This document shows, one piece after another, positions 20,700-58,004 of a stretch of DNA of 64,000 nucleotides. The notes below the pieces were generated by a model. The model had not been told where the DNA came from. It saw only the letters and a list, made by a program, of their open reading frames with translations, and searched no databases. Where the stretch lies: assembly GCF_009914755.1 (NCBI RefSeq), contig NC_060930.1; one strand, given 5' to 3'. The first letter of the stretch is position 1. The number at the start of each line of letters is the position of its first letter. The stretch comes from the human T2T-CHM13v2.0 reference genome, Homo sapiens. A program made the translations under genes and the position numbers.

Positions 20700-21255
20700 A
20701 AGGTGTTTATTGGTTTATGAACTAGAAATTCAAAAGGTAGGGTGTGCTTTAAGGTTGGTTTGATGCAAGAGTTCAGTGATTTTATCAAAGACTTAATTTT
20801 TCCTCTCTCAGCTTTTCCTTCTACAGTGTCAGCTTATTCCAAGGTTTACAACCTTCATGATACCACAGTGGTTACAATGGTTCCAAGCTTACAGAGACGT
20901 ATAAAAGGATACAGACAAGAGAGAACATGTCTTTCAGTTGTACTCTCAGAAGAGCCAAGAAACACTTTTCCCAAAAATCCCTTTATCCATAACTCACTGG
21001 TCTGTCTGGAGACAGGAGTCCATTTCTGACAGAGAAATGCTAACTTAACTGGTTAGATTAGACAACCCAGGCCTCAACCAATCACTGCATCAAGGGAGAT
21101 GGGCTTACTGAGATTGGCTTTGGTCAATCACAGTCCATTTCTGGTGATCAACTGCTTTCAAAGCGTATCAGCAAGGGAGACCCAGATGAAAATTTAAGTA
21201 CTCTTAGGCAGGGGAAAGGAAGTAATAGATGCTGGAAAGACAAACAACATTCACT
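20700..21255. mobile_element. Old MLT1-type LTR
   Basis: MaLR-like motifs (ggttggtttgatgcaagagttcagtgat; ctcaaccaatcactg). Confidence 0.6.
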
Positions 21256-21396
21256 ATAATTTTTCTGGCCTATCGATGAAAATATATCTAGTAAAGTAGA
21301 CAAAGTGAAGTAGGAGGTACAGTAACAACTTCTTTTTTTTTTTTTCTTTTCAGCAATGGAATGTTAGAGCTAAATGAAATCCTAAAATGTACCCAA

Positions 21397-21726
<330 letters not shown>

Positions 21727-22878
21727 TTATAGATGAAGAATCTGAGACTCTGTTTAATTGATTTGGCCATATTTACAAAGTCTAAATCACCTATTTCCTA
21801 ATCATTCAGTCATTTATCAGCAATTGTTTATCAAGCACTTACTATTTGCCAGGTACCTCTCTAGTCACTGGAGATACAGGAGGGAATAAAACAAAGCAAA
21901 ACTGTGCCTTCATGAAGTCCACATTTTAGTGGGGGCCTTTTCTCTAAGGTCATTACTCCCACTCACTCTTTACAACAACCCCAGGCACCCTGTTTCCTCT
22001 CTTAGTGCTAGGCATTCACAACCTGTGTTCCTTCCTTTTGCTGCTACCCAGCTCTCAGATGCAGCTGATGCCATGGGTTTCAGAGACCTGAAAAGCCCCA
22101 CTGGCCTCCAGGTGCACAATGGTTACCTGGCTGACCAGAGCTGCAACAAGGGGTATGTGCCATCACAAGCAGACGTGGCAGTAATTGAAGCAGTCTCCAG
22201 TCCATTGTCCGGTAATTTGTGTCATGCTCTACATTGGTATAATTACATCAAGTCTTACGAAAAGGAAAAAGCCAGCCTAGCAGGAATGAAGAAAGCTTTG
22301 GGCAAGTATGGACCTGCTAATGTGGAAGATAGTAGAGGAAGTGGAGCTACAGATAGTGAAGATGACAATGACATTTATCTATTTGGATTTGATAAGGGGG
22401 AGGAAAGCAAAGAATCAAAAAGGCAAAGGGAAGAATACCCTGCATAGTATGAATCAAAGAAAGCCAAAAAAAAAACCTGCCCCTGTTGCCATCTTTCATC
22501 TCACTAGATGTGAAACCTTGTGATAATGAGACAGATATGACAAAATTAGAAGAGTGTCATTAAAAAGTCAAAAAGCAATAGATTTTGGCATGGATGTGGT
22601 GAAAAGGAAACACTTAACACATTGCTGGTGGGAATGCAAATAAGTACAACCTCTATGGAAAACAGTATAGAGATTCTTTAAAGAACTGAAAGTAAATTTA
22701 CCATTTGGTCCAGCAATTCCACCTCTTGGTATCTACCCAAAGGAAAAGAAGTCATTATATGAAAAAAAAAAAAAAAAACTTGCACACATATTTTTATAGC
22801 AACATAATTACAATTCACAGCTGCAAAGATGTGGAACCAACCTAAGTGCCCACTGACTAATGAGTGGATACAGAAAAT

Positions 22879-22881
<3 letters not shown>

Positions 22882-22938
<57 letters not shown>

Positions 22939-22960
22939 TACATACATACATACATACATA
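22882..22960. repeat. Compound microsatellite (TA)n(CA)n(CATA)n
   Basis: Seen directly, inside the L1. Confidence 0.95.
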
Positions 22961-23149
22961 CCATGGAATACTACTCAACCATGAAAGGGAATGAATGTCT
23001 TTTGCAGCAACTTAGATGAAGCTGGTGGCCATTATTCTAAGTGAAGTAACTCAGGAGTGAAAAACCAAAAAACCGTGTGTTCTCACTTATAAGTGGAAGC
23101 TAAGCTATGAGTATGCAAAGGCATACAAAGTGATATAATGTGACCTTGA

Positions 23150-23586
<437 letters not shown>

Positions 23587-24387
23587 CCAAAAGCTATTAA
23601 AATAAAATTTTTTAAAAAAAATTAGAGAAATGAGTCAGAAGAATTCAAGCAGTCCGCTTAGTCTGGGGCTCCTCTCAACTAGTTACAGTGGGATACGGAA
23701 TTTTAAAACTTCAAAGATCATGTTGAAGATGATAAAGTTGGAACAGATATGCGGGAGGAGCAGATCACTGCTTTGAGAACTATATGCAATCCATGGATGT
23801 GGCTGCGTTCAACAAGATCTTAAATCCATCCTGGATCACTGCACTTAAATAAAAGCTTGAAAGATTAATTAGTTAATTTAGTAAAAAAACAACCTCAGGC
23901 AAAGGAAGTGAAAGTTTTCGTTATCTTCTATTTCTGATTATCTACGAAATCTTTGTCTTCTGGCATGTTTATTCTGAATAATGGCCATTTATTTCCTATA
24001 AGATATAGTAATTCAACAGAACTCCATCCTTTAAATTCTCAGCCTTCTTTTCCTCTCACTTTGCCTATTTACACTTGACATATTATTTCTTTTTTTTTAT
24101 TTAAATGTATATTTTCTCTCCCTCTCCCACACATACATATACACATGTTGGATGTAAGCTTCATGAGAACCTGAACTTTTAGTTCAAATTTCTATCTTCC
24201 CAACACCTAGATCATAGAGCAATTCCTGGCACATGGTAGGCAGCCAAAAAATATTTATTGAATAAGTAAATCAAGTCTTCTTTCCACTTGGATCCCTTCA
24301 TTAGAGTAAAATACTCACTGAGTTTAAATCTAATAATCTTGTTGCCTAAGGCTGAGGAACTTTAGGTACTATCCAAAAAGGTTTATG

Positions 24388-26521
<2,134 letters not shown>

Positions 26522-26664
26522 TTAAGTAAAGATGTAGCAGACAAAAACACTAGAGAGCTTTACAGAGTGCTTTGTCTTTTGCCAGTGGACAGGTTCAATC
26601 TAGTTTCAGATTGGCACTGCAGTTCTGCATTCTAGACCAAGGTACATATTAAAAGATGATTTAC

Positions 26665-26883
26665 CACGCAAGAGAATATACCCAAAGCATTATACTGGCT
26701 CTGAGGTAAATAACTTCTGGACCAGTTGTGTCAGTAATACCTACTGTTATTGTGAGAATCAAAGTAGCAAGGTCCTTAGTAAGGAAGCCCTAAATTTGTT
26801 TCAGTATGTTAGAACCGAAGTGCTAAGTTAATGTGTCAGAATGTGGACACCCTGTATCTCCCCATCTTTCTCCCCAGTGAAAC
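26665..26883 (-). pseudogene. Exon remnant: FHWGERWGDTGCPHSDTLT*HFGSNILKQI*GFLTKDLATLILTITVGITDTTGPEVIYLRASIMLWVYSLA
   Basis: tctttctttcaaaacttgcag|...GTG|gtaaat, 219 nt, phase 2/2, 2 stops in 72 codons. Confidence 0.45.
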
Positions 26884-26959
26884 CTGCAAGTTTTGAAAGA
26901 AAGATTTAGATTTATTCTATGCATTTTATCCACTTTGTCTTGTTACTTAAAGACACTAT

Positions 26960-27967
<1,008 letters not shown>

Positions 27968-28327
27968 GAACATTGTTTGTAGAAGTTGATCAGGATCTCC
28001 TAATCAAAATAGTAACTTTGGTGATGGATGGATGAGAGGGAAATGCTCCTTAAGATAGCAGGAAGGCAATTATTGACAAAACTAATAAATTTGTACCTAA
28101 GACATTTATGAGTTTTAAAGTACTCATATACACATTAACCTAAATATCATTAATACTTTTACTAATATCTCTCACATGACTATGGACTCTCCTACAAAGT
28201 TGAAAGCATAGATAAGAATGGGAATTTGCCTTTCAGGTAAGGAACTCGTGATCAACATGTTTTTGGAGGTGAACATCCTACCTGTCAAGCAGCCAAAGAG
28301 ATCCTGAACAGCAGTCACACGACAGCT

Positions 28328-29437
<1,110 letters not shown>

Positions 29438-29479
29438 CTACTCTTTAATATTTTTTGCTTTGATAACTCAAAAGCTAAC

Positions 29480-29618
29480 CTGAATGTTAAGAGAACTCAA
29501 ACTTGTCTTCTTGCATGGGCTTCAGGAGACAGATCCTTCTATCCAATCCTATGTATAATAATGAACACAGACGTCAGAGTTTTTCAGTGGTATAAATCCT
29601 CAAAATCCTGCATGGAGC
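29480..29618 (-). pseudogene. Candidate exon remnant (frame ambiguous)
   Basis: ctgttttatttattgtaag|...TTCAG|gttagc, 139 nt. Confidence 0.3.
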
Positions 29619-29636
29619 CTTACAATAAATAAAACA

Positions 29637-31945
<2,309 letters not shown>

Positions 31946-32420
31946 GCCTGTATTTTATTTTTAAAATATAGAAATAATTGAGAAAATGCTATCTATTTTA
32001 AATAAAATAACATTTCATTGAATTTACTCTATTACATAGGAAAAGAAAATACTCAAACACATGTGCAAAAGATTCAGTTAAAAGTAAACTATTTGGTTTG
32101 AAGTCTTTACACTGCTGCCAGAAGAGTACACTGCCTCTGTCCTTCTTCGAGTTAGATGACAATTGTATCTCTTCCTGCCTGTTTTCAGGTCATCCGTGTA
32201 AGGTTGAGAATAGATGGGTAACAGCAGAAACATTAAGAGGATTAGTTTCTAAATAAGAATGTATGATACCTACCTCCGTAAGTGAGTGGATCCTCTCTTG
32301 GAGAGATTGCCAACAGATGATGCCAACCTTATGATGACCAATCAAGCAAAAAACACAAGGAAATAAATTTCTTCCTCCAGATATTGAGCCTAAACTTAAC
32401 CTTACCCTAACCAGAATTAG

Positions 32421-33075
<655 letters not shown>

Positions 33076-33677
33076 GTAGGGTTAACCAGCACCTTTCTCT
33101 TCTCTATGGTGACCATGCTGATGAGGTGCCCCTGACTGAAAGCTGAGAGGTCACCAAGACCCCAGATCTTCCAGCACTTTAACCTGGAGTGTAAGTCAGT
33201 GTGCTCCCTGCCCTACAGCAATGCTTTTTGCTTGGAAGACATCCAAAAATGCCAAAATTGGCATTAATCACCACTTCAGGGCTGGGCACTTATGAGGTCA
33301 GCCATCCACTTCTAGCAATTCCTGCGTAAGCTGGAAGACCCTAGGTCTTTTCCTCAAAACACACCAAAGCCAAATTCTACCGATCCAAAGGTGATCGGTA
33401 AAATCCTTGAGAATCCTCCCAAAGCCTCCATGGAAAAATAAACTGGAGAACTGTTTCTCTTTTTCAATCAAATTTAGGCCAGTTATAATGAAATATGAAT
33501 GGGCAGAAGACACAAAAGAAGATTAAAGAGTCTTTTAACATAAAATAATTAATCAATAACTTCCTGGGTATGGTACAGGGATGTCTTTCTAATTGCAATA
33601 GATGAGTTTCTGATAAATTGCCTATAAACTGAATTTCTGCAAGTGCCATGTGCTAGTGTGGTTTCACTATAAATTCA

Positions 33678-33983
<306 letters not shown>

Positions 33984-34519
33984 TTAACGTATGTTTTACT
34001 GTCATTCTGGTTCTACTTCAAATTATACGAGCATCATTTTCACAACTTTTTCCTTCTTCTTCATTCTACTTTATGTTCTTTCTCCTAACCAAATATGTTC
34101 AAACTTCCTAAAACATCTATTTTGTAAATGCAGGCATGTGCATAACTTCCTTAAATCAGGACACACCTATCTATGCACTGAGTAGAAAGGCTAATAAGTT
34201 CAAAGTGGTCTCAATAAATGTGTTGCCAGCCATCCTGTCCTTCCTGCAGCTGTTATATAAGCTTATACTACCTTTAATTTATTAGTCTAGGACAAATTAT
34301 TGCATGGTTTCCACAAAATAGGACATGTTGTTCATAGTAACTATATGCTAATTCCTTTGAAAACATCCGTAATTATACAGTGACTTCACAACACTTGTGC
34401 ACCTAACTGTTGCTACATGTTTAAAGCTATGAGTGAATTAAACATCAAGGCAGAGTTCTGACTGGGTTCATGCATAAAAGGACACTTTTCTATCTTAACT
34501 CTGTTTCCTAAGACCTTAC

Positions 34520-34688
34520 ATCTTTATTAAGGCTAGTGGGTGTGCACACGGCCCTGCTGAGGTAGGAGGGATTGCAGCAGCAGCCTTGACATTTAAGGCA
34601 ACCACACAAAGACAGCAAAGCTTTTCCAGGCACAGAACAGCATGTACTTGAGGAAGACAATATCAATGGTTGCCCAGTAAATACACAT
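34520..34688 (-). pseudogene. Candidate exon remnant, Cys-rich open frame CVFTGQPLILSSSSTCCSVPGKALLSLCGCLKCQGCCCNPSYLSRAVCTPTSLNKD
   Basis: gaactttatatag|...GAT|gtaagg, 169 nt, GC-richer than its flanks; one frame fully open; frame not independently confirmed. Confidence 0.35.
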
Positions 34689-35835
34689 CTATATAAAGTT
34701 CAGTAAACACACAGGTGTTGGTGTAATGGCTTAAATTTTACATCTAAATCCAACTTTAAAATCACACTTCAGGCTGAGTACTTTTGAGAAATGATTGCAC
34801 TTTTAAAGATATTCGAAGTTATATGGCTTACAGGATTCTGTCTCATAAAGCTGAGAAAGAAATGTCATTTTTGCCTGAAGTGCTGATTTGGCTTTGAACT
34901 TCACATTTTACAGACTATTCTGCTTTGGGTTATGTTTGTAGATGTGAACACCATTGGTACTCTTTATTAACATTTCTCCAATGTCTTATTGCCCCCTCTT
35001 TCCTCTTCCCAAATCTCTTCCTCAACCCTTCCAGGTCTGATAAGACAAAATATATTTTGTCACCCCATTATTTTTTCCTGAATGTCTGCTTTGGTTAGCT
35101 GCTTCAACATGAAGGACTCTATCTGTTAGGAGAATTAGGTCACAAAGACCCCGGGTTGGTTTAAAACAAAATGAAAAGTGCTTTCATTGTAAAACTACAA
35201 GGAAGTAAAGGAAATGCAAATGTGTTAAAAGCAATGAATTTGCAGAGCACAGATTTCTTAACAAAATTTAATGAAATGTAATCAGCCATCTGACTCAGCT
35301 TATAGGTGACAAAAGTCCATTTTCTTTCCCTTTTCCCAAACTCTTCAGGTCAGATGGAAGAAATGTTCCTTAGATTTCAACTCCAACAGTTTGAGGTTGG
35401 CATCTCAGCAGGACTGTCCAGATGTTCAGTTTAAAGAATTTAATTTTCTAGAATTTAATTCAAGTTTGGAAACTTTTAGGCTATCCTAGGAAACACTGAG
35501 TTATTGTGTCCATCAGATCTTGGGTCTCTGTTGTTGACAAAAGGCAAAACCTGCATGGAGAGGAGATATTCCTCCCTTGACCTTCCCAGTACCATGACTA
35601 TAGACTCCTCAACCATCTCTTCCTGGCCCGTTTATGTAAAGCCAAATCATGAGCCTATTTGTCTGACACTTCTAAGCCCCATGAATGATCACTCTCTGAT
35701 TCAGGTATCAGTTCTTTGATGATTCATCCTCAAGCATCCCCTGGGAATGACTTCTGAAGCTTTATAAACTATGACTTTATAAAACCAAAATTGCTTTTCA
35801 AAAGTTGATTCAATTTTCAAAAATCAAGGAGGTGA

Positions 35836-40170
<4,335 letters not shown>

Positions 40171-40876
40171 ACCTTGTCATGTTTCTTATTTGAAGAGGAA
40201 AACACAGACTGAAAGTTTTAATGACTTGCCAAAAGTATCTCACCTGATCAGATGTTCAAACAAGTCGAAGCCTGATTTTCTGGCTCCTTCTTGTGAGGCA
40301 GATTTCAGTTTTAAAAAAACCTGGTCAGAGCAACCTTGCCTGCCCCAACCCATTATTCCCTATCTCATCTCTATTGTCATTTGTAACAGAGCACTCATGC
40401 CAGGAGCTTATCTCTACCTTCCATTTTCTATTGGCTCCCATTGGAACATAAGCTTTATGAAAGCAGAATCTGGGATCAGTCTTGTTCTCCGATCTTCACC
40501 TACACAATGTCTGGCAAGTAGTAGGCAGTCAAGGTTTGCTGTAGTCATGACAGAAACCCAAAACCCAAAACTTGTCAAGTTATCAAAGATAGTGAACACA
40601 ATGCTTGAACAAGGACAGGACAGTGAAGCAATGTTTTCATGTGGTTTCTCCCTGTTACATTGTTCTGTCGGTGAGACAAGTGCTCATTTACAGGAGTTCA
40701 TGTGGGTAGGGAATGAAAGAGAACAGGAATTAATTGAGGAACTTTATGGGAAACTCTTCCCAACAATGAAAAGTGGTATTGGGTTGATTAACGCAGGGAA
40801 GACTATAGGGTAACCAAAGAGATGTAGAAAGCAAACCCGATGGTGGAAGTATACCAAAAGGCCATTTGGTACTTAC

Positions 40877-41643
40877 CTGAGCTTACATGGAATTTATTAA
40901 TGTATTATTAGCACCCACCTAAAGCACGTACTTTTTAAAACTCTACATTAAATTATCATATTGATGGTTTCCCAAATCCTACATTCTTTAGGAATTTAGA
41001 AAAATGTATAAAAGTCAAGTGAATCTGCTTTGTGTATACATTGTTTATGTGATGATTTTTACCAATTCCAAAGTAAATCAGTTCTGGTTTGCTTGCTTGG
41101 TTAGTGACCTGTTTAAGCCTTGTATAACATCTACAATATACAGAATTTTTCATTAAACACTCAAACCTAATCATTTTTACATTAATGTGTGGACATACAT
41201 GGCCTCCCATTGGAAGAGAACCTTGGAAATTTTGATAAAAGCTGAACAGAGTGCAAGAAAAAGTATAGTACAGTCAGTGGTTTCTGTGCCAGCTCTGCTA
41301 GTTCTACTAGTGAGCAGCTGTGTTACCTCAAATAAGCAACACTGTGCTCAACTCTGTAAAATGGGAAGAGTAATCCCTAATTCATAGATTGTTATATATT
41401 AGATTCCTGAAAAGTTGTCCGGTTGCTATGGGTGGGGCTTTAAGAGTTTTTCAATCCCTTTTATTTCCTCATAGTAGGTTCTTTGGATAATAGAGAAGAA
41501 AATCTCTCTTTTTGTAGCATTTGAATAAGAGATAGTTCTTTCCTGCTTCAGGTGCATAAAAATCTTCATAACTGCAGCAGCAATTTCCAGTTCAGCGCAA
41601 TCTCCAAATAAGGGTTTTTCTCTGTACATCACCTATGGAACAC
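40877..41643 (-). pseudogene. Three exon remnants (41407-41643 containing ORF 41426-41632; 41063-41130 VIQGLNRSLTKQANQN*FTLEL; 40877-40918 VGANNTLINSM*AQ)
   Basis: The 68-codon ORF VMYREKPLFGDCAELEIAAAVMKIF...LLKPHP is in frame with the upstream exon. Donors gtaaaa and CAG|gtaagt; the first donor is decayed (CAG|gaatct). Confidence 0.55.
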
Positions 41644-42361
41644 CTGATAATGTGTTTTATGTCGTTAAAAGCCTTCTGCTGTAGGATACCTTTAGGCTCT
41701 ATGCAGCCTGAACAATCCAACCCCTCTTGAGCTCAAGAGGTGAACAGAGTAGAGTGCAAGGTTGTATTTGGAATTAGCAGCAAGGTGGGATTTGGTTAGG
41801 TCTATATGTCCAATTTACATTAAGTCTAGGAGTAGAAACCAAATATCAGAGACTCATGCAACCATATGTCAAATTCCCCAGCTTTCTGAGCTCCTTATTT
41901 AACAATCCAGGTAATGACAACTCAAATGTCCATAATTCCATACATTTCTGAGGGTGCTTCAAGTTCTTAGACATCTCTCTGTCTGAAAGAGGCATATTCC
42001 TCAAGCTCACACTGCTGTTATCATCCCCTCAGGTAGCCATCCTGCTCCAATCCCCTCAGCTCACTTTAATAAGCTTCTCCTGGCCAGTATTGTCTGCCCA
42101 AATTTTTCTCATAAGTGTTAACAGAGGCCCCTCCCTTAACTCACAAAGCAGAGCTAAAGCCAAGCTATAGCATTTAACAGAACTTACTGAAAACTTGAGG
42201 TTATGAAGGAGAATTATAATGGAAAAAAAAAGATTATAATCTCATAGAGTAGCCATCACTGCTCCAAAGAAGGCAATGGTCAAGAGCACTGGCTTAAGAA
42301 GTGGACAGCTGGGGTGAGAATCCTTGCTTCTCTGCTTCATGTCTGAGTGACCTCTGACAGG

Positions 42362-44053
<1,692 letters not shown>

Positions 44054-44310
44054 CCCAGTGTAAGTTTTCTATGATGAGTACAGTTTGGGTTGCAAATTCA
44101 TAATCACACAGACATCAGATTCAGAGGGAGCCTTAACCACCTCAAGATAAGAGGAAATACTTTGGAAATACTTCAGAACCTTTTCTCCTTAGATTGAGTT
44201 AACTATCTATTAGAGAAGTGTTGTCTCTTCTGAGAAAAAGCAGAGGGTGAAGTCTAGGATAATCACCACATCATAATCCATTCAGTCTTTTCCTTATGCC
44301 AACTGCTTAC

Positions 44311-44642
44311 CTGCTAGGGCAATAATTCTCAAAGTACTTCTGTAATAAAGGTTAAGATACCTGATATACTATGACTCATTCTATTTTACATAATTTCTGT
44401 GAGAATGAACAGGGAAAAAATGGAAGGGAAAAAAATGAGCCTTCATTTTCACCACCAAAAAAGTGCATTAAAAAGAAAGTTAATATAATATATTAAGTCT
44501 GTTGATAGAGGGTTATACCTGATGATCGTTCAGGATAATGATACAGATGGAATGTGACAAGCAATTAGGTCTTCACTTTTTCTTTAATATGATTTATCAA
44601 GATACTCTTCCCACATAAAAGTCATCAATGTTGCTGAACCTT
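44311..44642 (-). pseudogene. Two exon remnants (44519-44642 GSATLMTFMWEEYLDKSY*...; 44311-44396 NYVK*NES*YIRYLNLYYRSTLRIIALA) with a 122-nt intron
   Basis: Very strong acceptors (ctcgtttttctcttttag; ttttttccctgttcattctcacag) and donors CAG|gtataa and CAG|gtaagc. Confidence 0.6.
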
Positions 44643-45452
44643 CTAAAAGAGAAAAACGAGTAAATCCTGAAATTTGGATCCTATTAAATCTCATCTGACT
44701 AAGCTCTCTGTACAATTCTCACTTCTGGGAGGATTCAAGTCAAATCAAGTTTCGTAGCTTTGAAATTTCATCCCTCTGCATGCAATACTACAGACTTAGC
44801 CAGAAAAGTTGTGAGATCTGAATAATAAGGAGCAAGTAGTAATTAGAAAATAATTCCAGCTAGAAGACGATCTATGCTCTACGCTCATCAGTAAGAATCT
44901 ATGAATTAATTAATCAATCGATGTCAGATATTTTTTTAAATACCTATCACCTAATTTATATTTTTTGCCATAAGAAAATTCTCAAAAATATATTTTCTAA
45001 TTTTTTTGTTCAATGTTATCTTCTTTTTTCCAGTTTCCACTTTTCTTCTCTATAAAATTATTGTATTCATCATGAGTAAATTTTTTTCTGCAGGCTTTAA
45101 AAAAATGTTTAAATAATCAACTATGACATTACTTCTAGCTATGGTCTCATACTGTTTACCTTGTAGCTATAAAGTCCATTTTTCTTTAAACTGCCTAATT
45201 TGTAAGATATAACTTATGAATGAGTCAGAGTTCTATAGATACAGACAACAGAAAGAGGCTCTAGTTCATTTATGGAAAGGAAACTTACTGAAATATATCA
45301 GACTTCATCGCCTGGAAGTAAGGCTAGAGAACCAGACTTTGAAATGTGCTGATCCAAGGTATTCGCAGTGGTCCAGGATCTGGAGATCACAAGAATGGCT
45401 TCACGTTGACAAAATCCAGGACTCGCCCCGGAATAGATTAATCCTCTCTTTA

Positions 45453-48509
<3,057 letters not shown>

Positions 48510-48819
48510 TCTTCTTGTTTTGTTGATGACACAATTTCCTTATTCATTCTGTTCACAAACAGGTTTCTATCTCTGATTGCTAACCCAGTTATTTTATAAA
48601 TGGTTAACCTAGTAGAAGGATTTTAAGAGAAAGGGCATACATGAAAGTTATCAAAAATAATTTGAACAAGCTTCTCTTCATTTTCTTCCCAAAATAAGAA
48701 AAATGGTCATAAAAACAGCTTGAGCTACCACTGAACATATATTGTTGCTCTGGTAAAGCATGTGTAATTTGGTTAGGGAGTCTGGTTTGCCCACAAATAT
48801 CTCACTGAACATCTCAGAG

Positions 48820-49735
48820 AAGTTGATTTCCCTCAAAACAGAGCCTGAGACAAAAGTTCACGTGACACTATCTTACTAGTATCCCTGCAATCCCAGGGAA
48901 GCAGGAGTGAGGGAGTAGAAGAATGAGGAAGGGAAGATGGGAGAGCCAATACGAGGATGCCTTACCCCGACAAACCAGCCAAGACATTCCCACCTTCCCC
49001 AGGGTCCCCATGTATCTATACAAAGTACATTTCTCTCTCCATACCAAGTGAATGACCATTCGCACTACTCATAACATTGCCTGCCTGGAGAGAGGATTTC
49101 TTTTCACAACTGTCCCTCCGTCCTTGAGTGGAACTATAATGTGGTGGCAATTTACTTTCCACTATCGCTAATGTACTGTGAGAATTCATGTGTAAACTGG
49201 GCCAAGTTATTTCTTATTCCATCACTTAGTCAGAAGGGGGCACTTACTCCCCTCCCTTCATGAGGCCCAAGTGTGAGTTAAGGGAGGGTTATTGGTGCTA
49301 CAGAGACAGATGACCTGAAAGTTTGAGATACATGTGCATATAATTCATTCATACCTTTTGAATATGGTCAAGCTGGATGCATATGTTTCATTTATATCAT
49401 AAGTCTAATGATACACCCATCCAAACTTATCACTTACTGTATCTGATAACATCCTGATGAGTAGATCTAGTTGCATAGTCACGTGGTGTTCCACAATCAG
49501 GAACAGTTTCTATTAGAATCCAGTAAAATATCCAAAGCCAGTTTTCATATGAGACCATTCTTGTTATCAGCAGTTCCTGGACCTCATAAGTTGTATTGGC
49601 TCTGTTCATTTCAAAGCCTGATTCTTCATCCTTTCTGCCAAACAATGAGTACCTGAATTATCCCAGTAAATTTCCTTTATTTAGGTTAAGCAGAGCCTGT
49701 TTTTGTTTCTTACAGCCAAAGAACCCTGCTTCATA
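48820..49735. mobile_element. Old ERVL/MaLR-type LTR remnants
   Basis: ttccctcaaaacagagcctgagac... and ...tgtttcttacagccaaagaaccctg ends. Family uncertain. Confidence 0.5.
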
Positions 49736-50568
49736 AAAATGGTATACTGTTCAGACAGGTTGATGGTAGTTCTGTCATTAATGCAAACTGAATTATGCAT
49801 TTTTGTATAACATGTTATCTTCATGACATTATTGATCTACTAGAGCAAAAACATAAGAAACTGTTGAGTTTTCCATCATGCCCAAGAGACAAAAAAAAGC
49901 AACTTGGGTCTCTCAGCTCCATAGTCAAGCAAAGTAAAATACCACCACACTATTTATACCTAGTTGGATCCTAATTTTCCTTCTTTGGTTATTTCACAAC
50001 CAATTCATGGTAACTGTTCAATGTTACACATTTAACTAGTTCAAGAGTAAAATCACATATCTTACTCCAGAAATTATGCCAACTTCATATAAAAGAAAAA
50101 TCAACTTTTTGAATGCTTTTCTAAGAATTATATTTTTGTACCTACTTAGGAGGTTAGTTTAGGACATTAAAGCTGAAAAAATATCAATACCATTCTTAGG
50201 CTCATTTTCCTCAAAAACAACTTCCTAAAAACTGGTTATAGAGATAGCCAGATGGCTGAAGAACAAAGTAGTAGTAAGACTTTTGATTGCCTTCCCTTTT
50301 GAACATTTAAAATTTTGCATTATGTAAACAGATACCTAACCAAAAAATAAAATTTTTAAAAACCACCAAAAAATAAGCTAAAAAGTTGTATGAATTTATG
50401 TATCTTTATATAGTAGAATAATAAACATACATTAAAAATTATACTCTTAGGAAACACTAAATGATAATGTATAGGGATGCACACACCATAGCAAAACTAT
50501 AAAGAAAAATAAATGATTAAAAGTCATTAGGGCAATTCACTTCAGTAGGGAGGGAGATGGTTATGTTA

Positions 50569-54454
<3,886 letters not shown>

Positions 54455-54774
54455 TGAAGTCCCCACAGAATTAGCTCCGTTGGCCACAGTTGCCTCTCAT
54501 ACCCAGGCATAAGTCATTCATTGTGCAAAGGGTATGAGACTACCATGATTAGCTTAGATCAATTAAGATAGGCTTTTATGAGACTGCAGAGGGGTCTATC
54601 TTCCCTCAGATAACATGTTGAAGGATAAACATATCTGAGATTTTGTTAGTATGGAAAAAGCAGTGTAAGGCAAATAGTTTCAGGGAAATTATACTCAAAC
54701 TAAAAATTCAGTGTAAAATAAATACAACAACTTTACTACCCACAAGTTTTGGTATGATGCTTAGAATCTGATCT

Positions 54775-55161
54775 AAAATCCACTCACTCTATTCTTTCAG
54801 CAAACATTCTTTGATCACTTATTACACGTTGGGCACTGTTCTCCGTACTAAAGCAGAGAACAAGACAGATACGTATTTGTATTGGGAATGCTTTCAGCAG
54901 CAACTGACAGAATAGGAAATTAAAAGTGGCCAAACCATAGGGACATTCAGTGTTTGCCCAGAGAAATTTAGAGGGAGGCAATCCCTAGTCCATCTCCTCT
55001 GAAATATAACCAAGAGTCCAGGTTCTTTCTTGTCTGGGTCCTTAACGTGCTGACTTTTGTCTTTATTCTTTTCACTTCATTGTTCCATAGCTGTCATAGT
55101 TCTAAATACCTCATCTACTTTCAAACGAGAAAGAAATGGTAAAGGACACTTTTTTCTTATT
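54775..55161 (+). repeat. Copy B of the ancient duplication (empty Alu sites)
   Basis: Aligns to 24627-24650 + 24941-25312 + 25548-25565. Confidence 0.85.
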
Positions 55162-55456
55162 ATCGTCCCTTTTGCAAAGATTTAAAAACCTCCAGAAGCC
55201 TCCTATGCAGATTGCCATGAAATCTCATTGGCAGGATTGTGTGCCACACTGGTCTTCTCAAAAGCAAAGGAGTCTAGGAAGGTAATTATCCAACAAAGTG
55301 TTATGGAGCCACACACACTGCTGCCCCAGATAAAATGGGGATTTTTTTTTATAAGGGGAGCCATGGATAATGGTTACCCAATTACAATGTTTTCCATAGT
55401 CCCCTTTTCCTGGAATTAATTCTCTGGCCACTTCTTGGAAAAGTAATAATAAATTA

Positions 55457-57479
<2,023 letters not shown>

Positions 57480-58004
57480 TAAAATGTTGAAAATTGTAAG
57501 CAACATAGCAATCTTGAGTTGACATGTATAAAGCATGGTATTTACTTTTTTATTGATTTATTAATTCATATTCTCATTTTCTCCCTCGGTGCTAGAAAGC
57601 AAAGAGCTAGTCAGGCATGAGAATGATTAAAAACCCTTGTGAGCTAGGAAGAGAGAAGAATCTAAACAAAAACGAACCTAAGGAAAAGAACAACAAATTA
57701 GGCTTTGTGAAATGGAAGGAAGAAAGGAAAGGGAAAGGAAGGGAGGCCTAGTTCATAATGTGTTATATGATTTAGATTTTTACACAAGTAAGATATTAAA
57801 GAATTACAAGTTAACCATCTAAATGTAATACTTTCCAAATAACTTAGAAGTAACATAGTCTGATTTATTCTAAGATGTGCTATCATTTATCTTGAAAAAT
57901 TTTCAGTAGAAAAATGATCATAATTTACTGGATTTTTCCTACAGTAAATCATTTATTTTTATTTATTCTTATTGGCTCTATTGAAAACTGTGTCCCTTTA
58001 TTAC

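Noticed and set aside
21929-22447. 172-aa ORF as a functional EEF1B2 retrogene
   Set aside because: It has a premature stop, frameshifts, many non-conservative changes and an L1 insertion in the GEF domain. The N-terminal extension is flank and UTR read from a GTG.
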